This document shows, one piece after another, positions 43,105-52,151 of a stretch of DNA of 64,000 nucleotides. Under the pieces are notes generated by a model, which was not told the DNA's origin, did no database searches, and was given only the letters and a program-made list of their open reading frames with translations. Within the stretch, counting starts at the first letter, position 1; every line of letters starts with the position of its first letter. The position numbers and the translations under genes were made by a program. Origin of the DNA: Bryobacteraceae bacterium (GTDB taxonomy: Bacteria > Acidobacteriota > Terriglobia > Bryobacterales > Bryobacteraceae); assembly GCA_035308525.1 (NCBI GenBank), contig DATGGM010000144.1, positions 39,600 through 103,599 of the forward strand, in the 5' to 3' direction.

Positions 43105-45369
43105 ATGCCGCCCAAGGTGCTCATAGAGGGTCCGTTCGAAAGCGACTATTCCCTCGCAATCGTAAATAGAAATTTGGCTTATGGCATGTTGGACGCCGGC
43201 TATGAGATAGGGCTTCATCAGCGTGATAACACCACGTCCTATCCGCCATCCGCGGCATTCTTGCAGTTGCACCCAAGGCTCGCCGCCGGTTTTCAAACTT
43301 TGGACCCAGGCGCCCGCCCCGACATCCATACACGTTACATTTATCCACCGCATTGCGACCGCATGATCGGCTCGGTACGAGCATTTCACTGCTACGGATG
43401 GGAGGAGTCGGCTTTTCCGCAGCAGTATGCCATGGGTTTCGATAGCGGTCTCGACTTGGTGACGGTGATGTCCCGCTACGTCATGCAGGTCTTGCGCGAC
43501 AACGGCGTGACCGTCCCGATCGAAGTGGTTGGCCTGGGCGCAGACCACATTCTGGGTTCATCCCCGGTTCCGATCGACGGTTTGCAGACTGGAGCTTTCA
43601 ACTTTCTTCACGTGTCGTCTTGCTTTCCGCGAAAGGGCGCCGACGTGTTGGTGCGAGCGTTCTGCGAGGAGTTCCGGCGGTCGGAGGATGTGCAACTGAT
43701 CATCAAAACCTTTGCGAATCCCCACAACAAAATCGAAGAACTCGTCGCGGAGGCAGACAGAAGATATCGTGGCCACCCGCCGATTCAGGTCATTTGGGAT
43801 TCGCTGGCGGCCGGTCAGATGCGATTTTTACTCGAGAATGCGAACTGCCTTGTTTCGGCGAGCCGTGGCGAAGGCTTTGGGCTGCCGGTGGCGGAGGCCA
43901 TGCTGGTAGGCTGTCCCGTGATCGCCACCATACATGGCGGTCAAGCCGACCTGTGCTCTGCCGAGTGGTGCTGGCCGGTCGAATTTCAGATCGCTCCGGC
44001 AAAAACCCATTTGACAGAAGGCCCATCCTTTTGGGCGGAGCCTTCGGTGGATTCGTTGCGCGAGCAGATGCGCAAGCTCGTTAACGCGCCGCGCGCGGAG
44101 GTGACCGCCCGCACCGCGCGGGCTCGCACGCATATCATCACGAACTTCACGTGGAGTCAAGTGGCGCGGCGGCATCTGGCGGCGTGCGAGGCGGTAATGG
44201 CTGAAAAATCGCGCGAGGGCGCGCCCCGGCGATTCCAGGTTGCCGGCCATATTGGATTCATTTCGACCTGGAACACGAAATGCGGCATTGCCGAATATAC
44301 GCGATATCTGGCGGAGAGCCTGGACCAGGGAAATACCTATTCGATTCTTGCCGACCGGGCGACTATGACGGTCCGGCCGGACACGGACAACGTGTCTCGG
44401 TGTTGGAACCAAAGCCAGGAGCCGGGCCAATCGCCGAATGAGGTCCCGGCGCTCGTCGAGCGGATCGTGCATCGCGGAGTCGATGTGGTTTCGCTGCAGT
44501 ATAACTTTGGCTTTTTCCCGCCCGCACTTGTGGAAGATCTCGTGGATCGGCTGCACGCGCGCGGCGTTGCGGTGATGATCACCCTGCACTCCACGAGCCA
44601 CGCGAATTTTACCAAGCTGATCGGCGCACTGCTTCGTGCCGACGCGGTAATCGTGCACAGGCAAGATGACTGGACAAAACTTCTGGACTGTGGAGTGCAA
44701 CGCGCCGTGATGCAAAATCAGGGAATCTATGTTCCGCCAAACCGGCCTGACAGGAGTAGAGCCTCCGTATCACAGCCGCTGGCGTTCACGGTTGCCTGCT
44801 TCGGTTTCTTTCTTCCGCCGAAAGGCATCGGGGAGCTGCTTCAGGCATTTGAGGCGGCCATACAGGTGAACCCGGTGCTTCGCTTGAAACTGCTGAATTC
44901 ACTTTACCCGGGGACTGCGTCTGCCACGTACGCCGCTGCGTGTCTGCGTTTTGCGGAAGAGCGCCGGCTGGCGGAGCGCATGCAGGTCTATACGGATTTT
45001 CTGAACGACGATGAGATTCTGCGGGAACTCTCCAATGCGGATCTGATCGTTCTCCCCTACACTACATCCAGCGAATCATCGAGTGCGGCCATTCGATTGC
45101 CATTAGCCTCGGGAACGCCCATCTTGTGTTCCGACCTGCCGCTGTTTGATGAGTTTGCCGGGGTCGTGCATCGCTACGCCGCCAATGACGTCGCGGCGTT
45201 GGCAAACCGGCTTTGCGATTTGTCCACGAACGCCGGAGAACTCCGGCGGTTTGCGGACCGTCAGAAGGCGCTGGTCGAGGAGCTTTCCTGGAAGCGGGTT
45301 GCAGCGCGATTCCAGGCCTTGGCGGCGTCCTGCCAGCGGTTGAGGATGGGAGCTTCGGTGGCCATGTGA
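43105..45369 (+). CDS. Two-domain GT4 glycosyltransferase (WbdA-like tandem architecture)
   Basis: 754 aa. First GT4 module: VSASRGEGFGLPVAEAMLVGCPVIAT. Second module: IVLPYTTSSESSSAAIRLPLASGTPILCSD. Confidence 0.8.
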   Translation: MPPKVLIEGPFESDYSLAIVNRNLAYGMLDAGYEIGLHQRDNTTSYPPSAAFLQLHPRLAAGFQTLDPGARPDIHTRYIYPPHCDRMIGSVRAFHCYGWEESAFPQQYAMGFDSGLDLVTVMSRYVMQVLRDNGVTVPIEVVGLGADHILGSSPVPIDGLQTGAFNFLHVSSCFPRKGADVLVRAFCEEFRRSEDVQLIIKTFANPHNKIEELVAEADRRYRGHPPIQVIWDSLAAGQMRFLLENANCLVSASRGEGFGLPVAEAMLVGCPVIATIHGGQADLCSAEWCWPVEFQIAPAKTHLTEGPSFWAEPSVDSLREQMRKLVNAPRAEVTARTARARTHIITNFTWSQVARRHLAACEAVMAEKSREGAPRRFQVAGHIGFISTWNTKCGIAEYTRYLAESLDQGNTYSILADRATMTVRPDTDNVSRCWNQSQEPGQSPNEVPALVERIVHRGVDVVSLQYNFGFFPPALVEDLVDRLHARGVAVMITLHSTSHANFTKLIGALLRADAVIVHRQDDWTKLLDCGVQRAVMQNQGIYVPPNRPDRSRASVSQPLAFTVACFGFFLPPKGIGELLQAFEAAIQVNPVLRLKLLNSLYPGTASATYAAACLRFAEERRLAERMQVYTDFLNDDEILRELSNADLIVLPYTTSSESSSAAIRLPLASGTPILCSDLPLFDEFAGVVHRYAANDVAALANRLCDLSTNAGELRRFADRQKALVEELSWKRVAARFQALAASCQRLRMGASVAM

Positions 45370-45459
45370 CCTGCACCACTGCGCGGCGGCCATTACCCGC
45401 CAATCCAGGAGGAAAATCTGATTCCGGATACTGAATTTCTAAGAGAAATCGCCGCTCAG

Positions 45460-46893
45460 GTGCGCGTCGGCAGCGTCTCCAGTGGACCGGTGAGCGAAAC
45501 CACCGCTCTGCGCAATGAGGATGTCGAGCAGCGGCTGACCGCGACCGAAGCTCTAATCGAAGGCGTCCTGGATGGTTCAACGCTGGTCGGAGAAATGCCT
45601 CCACAGCCGCCGACCCTCAGGGCAAGGATTGGCCGAATACCAGTCAGCATCGTCCGGCGGGCCGTTTTCTGGCTGAGCCATCAGATCCGCGATTTTCAGA
45701 TGGCTGTCATGGCGAGCCAACGAGAGCATGCTCACTTGTTGCGCGCGCAAGGGGCGGCGTTGCGCGCCCATTCGGAACAAATGCTCAAACTCCAGCAAGC
45801 GCTTGAAGCTGTCCGGACCAAACAGGAGAACGCCATCCAAGACGTGCTGGACCAAGTTGAAGAATTGAAGAAAGACTTGGGTGCTCGAATTGAAGAACTG
45901 AAGAAAGACGTGCTGGTTCGATTTGAAGCTGTCCGGACCAAACAAGAGAACGCCATCCAAGACGTGCAGGTCCAAGTTGAAGAACTGAAGAAAGCCGTGC
46001 TGGTTCGGGTTGGAGAACTGCAGACACAGATCCGCGAGCAGCAGGCGCAGGCAAGTCAATTGCAGAGCGGCTCGCGGCAAGTAGACAGCTATCTGCATCA
46101 AACGCGTATGCAGACTGCGTTGCTGGAACGGCGCTTAACTACGCTATTCGAGGAAGCCCGCCGGAGTGCGGCGCAAATGTTGGCCGACGCGGAAAGCCAT
46201 GGACAGGATACGGCCGCCGCCCCGCTCATAACCGACCCGCTGTATGTGGAATTTGAAAATCGTTTTCGCGGAGACCGGGCCGACATCAAGCAGCGTTTTG
46301 AATATTACATTCCGCGGCTGAAGAATTCCAGGCTCGGACATCCGGAAATGGCGGTGCTGGATCTGGGCTGCGGACGCGGGGAGTGGTTGGAGTTGCTTCG
46401 CGACGAGGGACTGGAGGGTTCCGGCGTAGATATGAATCCGGTGATGATTGAGGAATGCCGCAGCCGGGGCTTATCGGTGGCGTTGAGAGACGCGATCGCC
46501 TACCTGCGTGCTCTTCCAGCCGGCAGCCAGGGGGTGGTGACGGGATTTCACATCGTGGAACACCTGCCGTTAAGCCACCTGCTCGCGCTTCTGGATGAGA
46601 CCAACCGCGTTCTGAAAACGGGAGGCATGGCCATCTTTGAAACTCCAAATCCGTCTAATCTGCAGGTGAGCATGGAAAACTTCTACCTGGATCCCACGCA
46701 CCGAAATCCTCTTCCGAAAGCGTTGCTCGCATTCCTGATGGAGGCTCGGGGTCTCTGTGACATCGAGGTACTGCCGCTGCATGCCTATCCGGAGAGCTAC
46801 CGTATCGTGGATGACGGGCAGCCGGCGACACGCTTGCTGAATCAATTGATGTTCAGCGAACAGGATTATGCCGTGATCGGGCGGAAGGCGTAA
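45460..46893 (+). CDS. Coiled-coil protein with C-terminal class I SAM methyltransferase domain (WbdD-like terminator/ruler candidate); true start probably upstream (CTG 45418 or ATT 45421)
   Basis: Track ORF starts at GTG 45460, but the frame is open from 45370. AGGAGG (45407-45412) sits 5 nt before an in-frame CTG, and the extra residues (LIPDTEFLREIAAQ) match the N-terminus of the paralogue at 49463 (KNSFLRHIQTEM). A heptad-rich segment spans ~45700-46150. MT motif I VLDLGCGRGEWLE, plus GFHIVEHL. Confidence 0.75.
   Translation: MRVGSVSSGPVSETTALRNEDVEQRLTATEALIEGVLDGSTLVGEMPPQPPTLRARIGRIPVSIVRRAVFWLSHQIRDFQMAVMASQREHAHLLRAQGAALRAHSEQMLKLQQALEAVRTKQENAIQDVLDQVEELKKDLGARIEELKKDVLVRFEAVRTKQENAIQDVQVQVEELKKAVLVRVGELQTQIREQQAQASQLQSGSRQVDSYLHQTRMQTALLERRLTTLFEEARRSAAQMLADAESHGQDTAAAPLITDPLYVEFENRFRGDRADIKQRFEYYIPRLKNSRLGHPEMAVLDLGCGRGEWLELLRDEGLEGSGVDMNPVMIEECRSRGLSVALRDAIAYLRALPAGSQGVVTGFHIVEHLPLSHLLALLDETNRVLKTGGMAIFETPNPSNLQVSMENFYLDPTHRNPLPKALLAFLMEARGLCDIEVLPLHAYPESYRIVDDGQPATRLLNQLMFSEQDYAVIGRKA
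45805..46044 (+). repeat. In-frame 120-bp tandem duplication (2 x 40 codons) inside the coiled coil
   Basis: Unit 1 (45805-45924) encodes EAVRTKQENAIQDVLDQVEELKKDLGARIEELKKDVLVRF. Unit 2 (45925-46044) encodes EAVRTKQENAIQDVQVQVEELKKAVLVRVGELQTQIREQQ. The first ~72 nt of the two units differ at only a handful of positions. Confidence 0.85.
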
Positions 46894-46980
46894 CCGTGAT
46901 CTGCGGCAACGTAATAGGGTATGCTCCGGTTCGGTGATGCCCTGCCACGGCGCTAGAATGTGTACTCGCGTGTTCTTCCG

Positions 46981-48291
46981 ATGCCTGATTTAGTCCTTCG
47001 ACAAGAAGGGGTTAGCGGCTACGTGTTGCTCGTAGCGTGTGCGGATCCTGACGAGGGCAAGGCTGGCGGTATCTACAGCTTTGACGGCCGGCTGACCCGC
47101 AGGATCGACTCCGTTGATTCATCCGGCGTGGCGCTGGCTGGCGACCACCTTGTGCGGCTGCGCTGGTCGCATGCCGCTGACGATACGGGCCTGTTCGTGT
47201 ATGACGCGGGCGGACTTAAGCACTATCACCGTCTCGATGGGCTCGGCGACGCACACCAGGTCGCCTGGGATGGAGAGCATTTTGTGGTGGTCTCCACCGC
47301 CACCAACCGCTTGGTCTGGGTCTCGCCGGCTGGTGAGTGCAAAGAGTGGAAAGCGCCGGGCGAAGGTGACGCGTGGCATCTCAACGGGTTGTTTCTGTTC
47401 GATAATGACATTTTCGTATCTGCATTTGGACGTTTCTTCACAGACCGGGCCTGGGATAAATGCCGTAATAGCCACTGCGGCATCGTTTTTCGCCTGTCGA
47501 CAGGGGCGGATGTGCTCAGCCGGCTCAACTGTCCCCACCATGCACGATATATGGACGGGGCTTGGGTAGTGTGTAACTCCTCGGATCATGATCTTCTGCA
47601 GATTCGGGACGGCATGGTGCAGCGGCGCGTGTGTTTAGGGGGGTGGACGCGAGGCATTGCAGTCAGTGATGACTTCCTTTTTGTCGGCGTCAGCGCTCCG
47701 CGCCACGATCGGGATGCCGCCGTTCAGACAGGAAGCATCGCGGTGCTGTCGCGGACCTCGTGGGAGATACAGTGTGTGCTGCCCATCGCGGCGCGCGAAA
47801 TTTCAGACCTTGCTCTCGTCCCGCTCTCGCTGGCCGAAGGTGTGCGCCGCGCCGGCGCTCTCGATTCTTTTGGTTTGGAAACGCCCCGCATGCGGCCGAT
47901 CCATCCCGGCGACGCAGACCAGTTCCACGTCGAGCCGGTCGAGGTTCCGGACGCTGTCGTGGCAGGCCGGGAGTTCGAATGTATGGTGCGCGTGGTCAAC
48001 AGATCCAATTATCTGCTGCAAAGTGCTCCTGCGAACCCTGTGCATCTGTCCTACCACTGGCTGGACCAGGAATCGGTCCCCGTCGTTTTTGACGGCCTGC
48101 GGACCCGCCTGCAGCCGGTGCTCTATCCGGAGATGGCTAACACATACCGGTTAACGGTGCGGTCCCCTGAAGAGGATGGAGTCTATCGGCTTCGGCTGAC
48201 ACTCGTACAAGAGGGTGTGCGCTGGTTCGATACGCCGCCGACAAATGCCTATTTTGACGCACATGTAAGCGTAGTCCGCTCGATCCCCTAG
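46981..48291 (+). CDS. DUF4915/TIGR03032-like beta-propeller-type protein with C-terminal Ig-like domain
   Basis: ATG 46981 (MPDLVLRQEG...); the track's GTG at 46960 adds 7 codons. NCPHHARYMDGAWVVCNSSDHDLLQI...GGWTRGIAVSDDFLFVGVSAPRH matches my memory of the DUF4915 pattern (PHS.R...G.LWV.NS...RGL...A.VG.S). The C-terminal ~120 aa carry the LVQEGVRWF Ig-like domain. Confidence 0.5.
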   Translation: MPDLVLRQEGVSGYVLLVACADPDEGKAGGIYSFDGRLTRRIDSVDSSGVALAGDHLVRLRWSHAADDTGLFVYDAGGLKHYHRLDGLGDAHQVAWDGEHFVVVSTATNRLVWVSPAGECKEWKAPGEGDAWHLNGLFLFDNDIFVSAFGRFFTDRAWDKCRNSHCGIVFRLSTGADVLSRLNCPHHARYMDGAWVVCNSSDHDLLQIRDGMVQRRVCLGGWTRGIAVSDDFLFVGVSAPRHDRDAAVQTGSIAVLSRTSWEIQCVLPIAAREISDLALVPLSLAEGVRRAGALDSFGLETPRMRPIHPGDADQFHVEPVEVPDAVVAGREFECMVRVVNRSNYLLQSAPANPVHLSYHWLDQESVPVVFDGLRTRLQPVLYPEMANTYRLTVRSPEEDGVYRLRLTLVQEGVRWFDTPPTNAYFDAHVSVVRSIP

Positions 48292-48433
48292 AACCTGAAG
48301 AGGACCATCGCGCCTCTCAGCGCCTTCTTTTAGAAACGCCCTCACGTATAATAGTTCCTTCGGCGGTTGGCGGGAACCGCCAGGAGCCGAAAATAAGATA
48401 CGGCCTTTGGAGGCCAGGACTCGTTCCACCGAT

Positions 48434-49447
48434 ATGAGCAAATGTGCGCTGATTACAGGAATCACCGGGCAAGACGGATCTTATCTTGCGGAGCTTCTTC
48501 TTTCAAAAGGATACGAAGTTCACGGCGCCGTGCGGCGAGTCGCTCTCGAAGATCCGGAGCACCGGCTTGTCCGGCTGGGCGCGATCCGGGACCACATCAA
48601 ATTGCACGCAGCCTCCCTCGAGAGCTTTGCCAGCGTCTATCAACTGGTAGCCAAGGTGACGCCCGATGAATGTTATCACCTGGCCGCGCAGAGTTTCGTG
48701 AGCTACTCTTTCGACGACGAGTTTTCCACGCTCAATACGAACATCAATGGCACACACTTCCTGCTCTCGGCGGTCAAGGACCTGGTCCCCCAATGCCGCT
48801 TCTATTTTGCGGGGTCGAGCGAGATGTTCGGCAAGGCGGAAGAGCTTCCTCAGAACGAGCACACGCGGTTCCACCCGCGGTCGAGCTACGGCATCAGCAA
48901 GGTCTGCGGCTTTGAGTTGACGCGCAATTATCGTGAAGCATATGGGCTGCACGCGAGCAGCGGCATCCTGTTCAACCATGAATCCCCGCGGCGTGGTTTC
49001 GAATTTGTCACACGTAAAATCACTTCTGGCGTGGCGCGTATTCTCGCCGGGCGGAGCACGGAGATCCCCCTTGGGAATCTCGAGGCGCAACGCGATTGGG
49101 GCCACGCCCGTGAGTATGTACAGGCGATGTGGCTCATGCTGCAACAACCCGATCCGGACGATTACGTGGTGGCTACCGGAGAGACGCATTCCGTGCGGGA
49201 GTTCGTGGAGCTGGCTTTTTCCCAGGTGGGGCGGGACTACCGCGATTACGTGGTCAGCGACCCGAACCTCTTCCGGCCGGCGGAAGTCAATCTCTTGCTG
49301 GGCGACTGCACCAAGGCGCGCACCAAACTCGGTTGGAAAGCCGGTATCGGCTTTGAAGCCTTGGTGCGCGAGATGGTGGAAGCCGACTGTCGCGCCCTGG
49401 GCGTATCCAGCCACGTTGTCAAGAGTCAGGCTATCCAGCACGCGTAG
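48434..49447 (+). CDS. gmd: GDP-mannose 4,6-dehydratase
   Basis: ATG 48434. MSKCALITGITGQDGSYLAELLLSKGYEVHG is the canonical Gmd N-terminus. Also SSEMFG, SSYGISK (YxxxK) and LFNHESPRRG. Confidence 0.9.
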   Translation: MSKCALITGITGQDGSYLAELLLSKGYEVHGAVRRVALEDPEHRLVRLGAIRDHIKLHAASLESFASVYQLVAKVTPDECYHLAAQSFVSYSFDDEFSTLNTNINGTHFLLSAVKDLVPQCRFYFAGSSEMFGKAEELPQNEHTRFHPRSSYGISKVCGFELTRNYREAYGLHASSGILFNHESPRRGFEFVTRKITSGVARILAGRSTEIPLGNLEAQRDWGHAREYVQAMWLMLQQPDPDDYVVATGETHSVREFVELAFSQVGRDYRDYVVSDPNLFRPAEVNLLLGDCTKARTKLGWKAGIGFEALVREMVEADCRALGVSSHVVKSQAIQHA

Positions 49448-49462
49448 AGACCGCCGACAATT

Positions 49463-50044
49463 GTGAAGAATAGCTTTCTGCGACACATTCAAACAGAAAT
49501 GGAGCGCTCATATCGCCCGCGCGACGCAGGAAAATCCGTCGAACCGGTGGTGGCCGGCGAAACCATGCTGGAACAGGCGGGCATTCAGGCCGCGCTGGCG
49601 GCTCTTCGGGGCAGTTACGCGCTGGTAGGGCAAATGCCGCCGGAGCCGCCCACCTGGCGCGGTCGTGTCGGCGCTAAGGTTGTGCGACTGGTAAAGCGAT
49701 TGCTTTTTTGGTACACGCCGCAGATCGTGCGTTTTCAATATTCCGCGTTGCGCGCTTTCGAGGAACAGGCCAAAGCCCTGGAAATCGCCAACCAACGTTT
49801 GCGGGAGTTGTATCGGCGGCAGGACGACGCCCGTGAGTCCGTCGATTCATATATCCGCCAACTGCAGGATCAGCTTGCCGACGAGCGCGCGCGCCACGAT
49901 GCCCTCCAAACCGGGTTGCAGGGCCTCTGCGCTTCAATGCCGGGCATGGCCTCGCAGATGGAAGCCTGCGGGCGGCGTGTGGAGCCCGTGGAGGACGATC
50001 GCCGCCCGCCGGAATCCGGCCCTCCTGACCAATCGGCTCGGTAG
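49463..50044 (+). CDS. Coiled-coil protein, paralogue of the N-terminal part of the 45460 methyltransferase but lacking any catalytic domain
   Basis: 193 aa. VGQMPPEPPTWRGRVGAKVVRLVKRLLFWYTPQIVRFQ aligns with VGEMPPQPPTLRARIGRIPVSIVRRAVFWLSHQIRDFQ of the larger protein, followed by a shorter heptad-rich stretch. Confidence 0.6.
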   Translation: MKNSFLRHIQTEMERSYRPRDAGKSVEPVVAGETMLEQAGIQAALAALRGSYALVGQMPPEPPTWRGRVGAKVVRLVKRLLFWYTPQIVRFQYSALRAFEEQAKALEIANQRLRELYRRQDDARESVDSYIRQLQDQLADERARHDALQTGLQGLCASMPGMASQMEACGRRVEPVEDDRRPPESGPPDQSAR

Positions 50045-50058
50045 GGAAACGCGTTGCA

Positions 50059-51105
50059 ATGCGAATTCTGATTGCCACCGTAAAAGTCCCCTTTGTCAAT
50101 GGTGGCGCCGAAATTCACGCCGTGGAGTTGCGCCAGGCGCTGATCGAGGCCGGCCATAGTGCCGAAATTGTGGCGATACCGTTCAAGTGGTATCCGCCAG
50201 AACGTATCCTCGATCAGATGCTGGCCTGCCGGCTTCTGGATCTGACGGAAACCGCCAGCGTGCCGGTGGACCGTTTGATCGCGCTGAAGTTCCCGGCCTA
50301 TCTGATTCCCCATCCGCGCAAAGTGATCTGGCTGCTCCACCAGCACCGCCAGGCGTACGATTTATGGCAACATCCCCTGAACGATCTTGATAAGTATGAG
50401 AACGGCGCGGATGTGCGCGCAGCCATTCAGCGTGCGGATACGGAACTGATTCCCCTGGCCGCCCACGTCTTCGCCAATTCCCGGAATGTCGCCCTCCGCC
50501 TGCGGACTTCCTGCGGCGTGGAGGCGCATCCGCTCTATCACCCTCCACAAGAGGCCGGCCTTTTCTATCATGCGCCCGCCGAGGATTTCCTGTATTTTCC
50601 GAGCCGGATCAATCCGCTCAAACGCCAGGACCTGGTGATGGAGGCCCTGGCCCTGACTCGAACGCCGGCGAAGGTTCGCTTCTCCGCGCCCGCCACCGAA
50701 CCAGCTTTGGAGCGAAAGTGTCTGGCGCTGGCGCGTGAAAATGCTCTGGCGGGACGAGTCGAATGGCTGGGCATGGTTTCGAACGAAGCCAAGCGGAATC
50801 TTTACGCGCGCTGCCTGGGCGTGCTGTATCCGCCGCTGGACGAAGACTACGGCTATATTACGCTGGAGGCGATGCTGGCCCGTAAGCCCGTCATCACTTG
50901 CGCCGATTCGGGTGGCCCACTTGAGTTTGTCGTACACCATGGGACGGGGATCGTGGCGGAGCCCCGGCCCGAAGCGCTGGCGGCTGCTATCGACGAATTG
51001 TGGGAGAATCGCCAAACGGCTGCGCGATGGGGTGAAGCCGGCCGGCAGCGTTACGATGAGTTGGGCATCGCCTGGGACCACGTTGTGGAGCAATTGCTCG
51101 CATGA
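50059..51105 (+). CDS. GT4-family glycosyltransferase (tandem paralogue A)
   Basis: 348 aa. MRILIATVKVPFVNGGAEIH...YPPLDEDYGYITLEAMLARKPVITCADSGGPLEFV. Confidence 0.8.
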   Translation: MRILIATVKVPFVNGGAEIHAVELRQALIEAGHSAEIVAIPFKWYPPERILDQMLACRLLDLTETASVPVDRLIALKFPAYLIPHPRKVIWLLHQHRQAYDLWQHPLNDLDKYENGADVRAAIQRADTELIPLAAHVFANSRNVALRLRTSCGVEAHPLYHPPQEAGLFYHAPAEDFLYFPSRINPLKRQDLVMEALALTRTPAKVRFSAPATEPALERKCLALARENALAGRVEWLGMVSNEAKRNLYARCLGVLYPPLDEDYGYITLEAMLARKPVITCADSGGPLEFVVHHGTGIVAEPRPEALAAAIDELWENRQTAARWGEAGRQRYDELGIAWDHVVEQLLA

Positions 51106-52151
51106 GAGTCCTGGTGGTGACCTCCGGCGTGCCGTTTATCAAAGGTGGCGCGGAGATTCTCGCTGACAATCTGGCGGATGCACTCCGGGCGGCGGGCCAC
51201 GCAGCGGAGTTGGTCTGCATTCCCTTTAAGCACTATCCACCGGACCGCATCCCCAATCAAATCCTCGCTTGCCGGCTATTGGATTTGACGGAAAGTTGTG
51301 GCGTCCGAATCGATCGCATCATCGGATTGAAATTCCCCGCGTACCTGATTCCCCATCCCAATAAGGTTATCTGGCTGCTGCACCAGCACCGCTCGGCCTA
51401 TGAACTCTGGGACCATCCGATCGCCGGAGATCTGATTCGCTGCCCGGATGGACCGGTCATCCGCGAAGCAGTCCGCCGGGCGGACCGCGAAATGATTCCC
51501 GAGGCGAAGGCGGTTTACACGTTGTCGGAAAACGTATCGCGGCGCTTGAGCCGTTTTTGCAACATATCCTCGCAACCACTGTATAATCCGCCGGCTCACG
51601 CTAAGTTGTTTCATAACGGTTCCGTTGAAGATTATTTCTTCTTTCCCAGCCGGATTACCGGCGTCAAGCGACAGATGCTGGTGCTTCAGGCGATGGCCAG
51701 GTGCCGGAAGCGCACGGTGGTGCGTTTTGCGGGCGAGGCCGACAATCCCGGAGAACTGGCTGCCTGTATGCAGGCCATACAGAATTTCAGGCTGGAAAGC
51801 CGGGTGGAGTGGCTGGGCTGGATTTCCGAAGAACGCAAACGGGAATTGTATGCCAACTGCCTTGGAGTTCTGTTCCCCCCGGTGGATGAAGACTACGGAT
51901 ACATAACGCTGGAGGCTATGTTATCTTCCAAGCCGGTTATCACGTGTTCGGATTCCGGTGGTCCCTTGGAGTTTGTGGTGAACCGCGAGACCGGGCTGGT
52001 CGCAGATCCCCAGCCCGAGTCCCTGGCGCAAGCCATGGATAGCCTGTGGATGGACCGCCGATTTTCGGCGGCCCTGGGCGATGCGGGACGCGCACGCTAC
52101 CAGGATTTGGGCATATCTTGGGATCACGTGGTGGAGAAGCTGTTGTGCTGA
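51102..52151 (+). CDS. GT4-family glycosyltransferase (tandem paralogue B)
   Basis: 349 aa. Collinear with paralogue A (MRVLVVTSGVPFIKGGAEIL...FPPVDEDYGYITLEAMLSSKPVITCSDSGGPLEFV). ATGA overlap with A. Confidence 0.8.
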   Translation: MRVLVVTSGVPFIKGGAEILADNLADALRAAGHAAELVCIPFKHYPPDRIPNQILACRLLDLTESCGVRIDRIIGLKFPAYLIPHPNKVIWLLHQHRSAYELWDHPIAGDLIRCPDGPVIREAVRRADREMIPEAKAVYTLSENVSRRLSRFCNISSQPLYNPPAHAKLFHNGSVEDYFFFPSRITGVKRQMLVLQAMARCRKRTVVRFAGEADNPGELAACMQAIQNFRLESRVEWLGWISEERKRELYANCLGVLFPPVDEDYGYITLEAMLSSKPVITCSDSGGPLEFVVNRETGLVADPQPESLAQAMDSLWMDRRFSAALGDAGRARYQDLGISWDHVVEKLLC

